From positions 62,001-120,881 of the forward strand of contig JBFLGF010000108.1 in assembly GCA_050230475.1 (NCBI GenBank): a stretch of DNA of 58,881 nucleotides, read 5' to 3'. How positions within the stretch are numbered: the first letter of the stretch is position 1; every line of letters starts with the position of its first letter. Under the pieces are notes generated by a model. It was not told the DNA's origin. It saw only the letters and a program-made list of their open reading frames with translations, and did not search any database. Source of the DNA: Ancylonema sp. Taxonomy: Eukaryota. This document shows, piece after piece, positions 56,544 through 58,881 of this stretch. A program made the translations under genes and the position numbers.

Positions 56544-57730
56544 TATGCGACGCCACGCCACGGAGTCGGAGAGCTCGGCCTTGGCTGCGTCCTCAGCCAG
56601 ACGTCCGCTGCCGGCGAGCTACACCCCATCGCTTTCTACTCCCGAAAGTTCTCGGCGAAAGTTCTCGGAGGCCAAGCTCAACTACCCCATCTATGACAAG
56701 GAAGTGCTGGCTATCGTCAGCGGGTTTCGCCAATGGCGCGTCTATTTGGAGGGCGCGGCTCATCCTATTGTGGTCTACACAGACGAATACTTCCATGGCG
56801 CCCGCACTACCTCCCGCCGCCACGCTCGCTGGGCAGAGACCCTAGCTGCCTACGATTTCACGATCGTCTACAAAAAAGGGGAGACTAACGGAAAGCCTGA
56901 TGCTCTCTCCCGCCGTCCCGACGACCTGCCAGACCCAGTCCCCGCGCTCCCTATCCTACCCGATTCCCTTTCCCCAATTCCCCCCCCGGACGATTTCCCT
57001 ATCCTGTTTCCCCCCCCCCTCCGAGTTGCTGCGCTTTTCATCTCCCCCACGGACCCCATATTACCTGTTATCCGTGACGCGCAGCTTCCGACCCTGCTAC
57101 TCTCGCCATCCGCGAACAACTGGCTATAAGACCTGAGGAGGAATGAAACCCCCTCGCACCCTCAGGCAGGTCATCTTCCTATTGTCTACGCAATGATTTG
57201 CTGTACCGACATCATCGCTTGGTCATCCCACCTAGTGCTACGTCCCTGATACTCCAATCCACGACGCGCCCCTGGCAGGCCATTACGGAGTTGCTCGCAC
57301 CCATGCGCTCGTGGCGCAGTACTTCTACTGGCCAGGGTTTTCTAATGCGGTGGAGGCCTACGTCCGCAGCTGTGACACATGTGCGCGGAATAAGCCCGTC
57401 CGCCATACACTCTACGGCCTGCTCTCCCCAAATCCTATTCCTGACAGGCCGTGGAGCTGTATCTCCATGGACTAGATCACAGACCTCCCGCCATCTAACT
57501 ACCACGATGCAATTCTGGTAGTGGTCGACTGTCTGACTAAGGCTGCTCACTTCATTCCTACGACGAAAGCAATACCAGCTCCTGACGTCGCTGCCATTTT
57601 CTTGCGGAAGGTGGTGCGGCTCCATGGCATGCCTTCCACCATCATTTCCAACCGCGATCGAGTCTTTACCAGCCGTTTTTGGAGACGGCTGCTGCAGCTG
57701 TGCAGTATCCACGCCAACCGCTCGACGGAA
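56544..57730 (+). pseudogene. Ty3/Gypsy pol fragment (RNase H plus integrase)
   Basis: LGLGCVLSQ..PIAFYSRK, NYPIYDKEVLAIV, ARWAETL, PDALSRRPD; GHYGVART..CDTCARNK; VVDCLTKAAHFIP, VRLHGMPSTIISNRDRVFTSRFW. Confidence 0.92.
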
Positions 57731-58201
57731 ATAACACATCGATGGTCCAGCAATCCGCCCACCCCTTTGGGCGGATTAATTTTCACGCCTCAGGATTCCA
57801 CCCACCCTTTAGCGATTATCTACAATTGCCCCACCCTGTACAGTGAAGCGTGCCCTTATTAGTACTATGCTAGTTAATTACCTTTCTAATTTGATCTTCT
57901 ACTCAAAATCTGACGTGGTAATTAAGAACTTGTTTAAATTGATATTCCCCCCCGGGCCCGATTGAGAAAGATTTTACCGTAAAAGGTGCGTTGTAATCAA
58001 ATTAGCTCCTAAAATCCCTTCGAAATTGAATCTAATTCTTCATAGGCCTCTAATAATAGTCATTTTCCCCTCCGTATCCTTACTACCCCCAGACCTACAC
58101 TAAAAAACCCACGCATAATTTTCGGATTTTCGGACTCCCATCGGTAGGGCATCAAAAATCCGTTTTGCCACCTATAACCCGGCTCAAGGTAGCGAGCCCT
58201 A

Positions 58202-58881
58202 CTTGGAGATTTGATTTTTGCAGGGTAGGAGTGCCAAATGGCCAACAAGGCATGTAACCAGCAGGGGTACAAGGACGAACGTTTCCCATACTTCTTCAAC
58301 CTCATCCGCTGCATTAACCACCTGATCAAAGTCCAACCTTACCCACCCATCTTCGTCTTGGAGAACACTTACCCTTTTGACGACTTTCTCAAAGAGATCC
58401 AAGACACCACAGTCCTCATTAAGTCATTTCTCGGATACCCCGCAGTTGTCGATGCATGCAGTGTCGGCAGTAATGCTCACCGAGTACGATGCCTCCGGAC
58501 GAATTTCATCCCACCTCATGTATCATGGAGTTGGCAATTCCGGCCACTCCACCGTTGAAACCCTTGACTAAGATTATGGATCTGAACCATCGACCAACCG
58601 TTGTCACCACAAATGACACGCCACCCCGCGCATTGGTCGGTAAGAATGGACAACACGCAAGGCTATGCCCACCATTGTGTCTTACCCTGGCAGCTTTCAG
58701 TACCGATTCCAGGAGGGTTCACCAGGCCCGGGTATGGTATACAACCTGCACTCAGAGCAATGGAAGACACCAAATATATGGGAGAGAGAACGCCTCATGG
58801 GATTCGAAGATGGCGACACAAGTGCACCAGGCATCACCATTAGTGCACGTTGTAAACTCATTGGTCGCACCATGGACAAAA
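58202..58881 (+). pseudogene. C5 cytosine DNA-methyltransferase fragment, retroelement type, runs off the window
   Basis: DLIFAG*ECQ (motif IV; stop probably from TGG), FVLENT (VI), DACSVGSNAHRVR (VIII), PNIWERERLMGF (IX), LIGRTMD (X); frameshifts present and motif I absent. Confidence 0.8.

Overview
Eukaryotic nuclear DNA, most likely a streptophyte green alga (inferred from plant-type proteins, CCCTAAA repeats and retroelement-borne DNA methyltransferases). The left ~25 kb holds four intron-containing host genes: RNA Pol II largest subunit (NRPB1, minus strand) head-to-head with a nuclear XRN2/XRN3-type 5'-3' exoribonuclease, a ULP1/ESD4-type SUMO protease, and a small coiled-coil gene that may be kinetochore NSL1. 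The right ~34 kb is nested transposon DNA: a pogo-like MITE, seven hAT-type non-autonomous elements with 8-bp target-site duplications (TSDs) across the window, an RLE-type LINE fragment, a full Copia element and Gypsy/chromovirus fragments. The most unusual feature is a minus-strand retroelement (27685-43423) built as A1-internal-B1-A2-B2, i.e. split direct repeats. It has TG..CA outer ends, a G9 polypurine tract (PPT) before B1, and a perfect 16-nt self-complementary primer-like site after A1. Its cargo is gag, an aspartic protease and a C5 DNA-methyltransferase homologue lacking its catalytic residues. A solo A-B copy with a 4-bp TSD lies at 15384-16427. All alignments were done by eye and no database searches were run.
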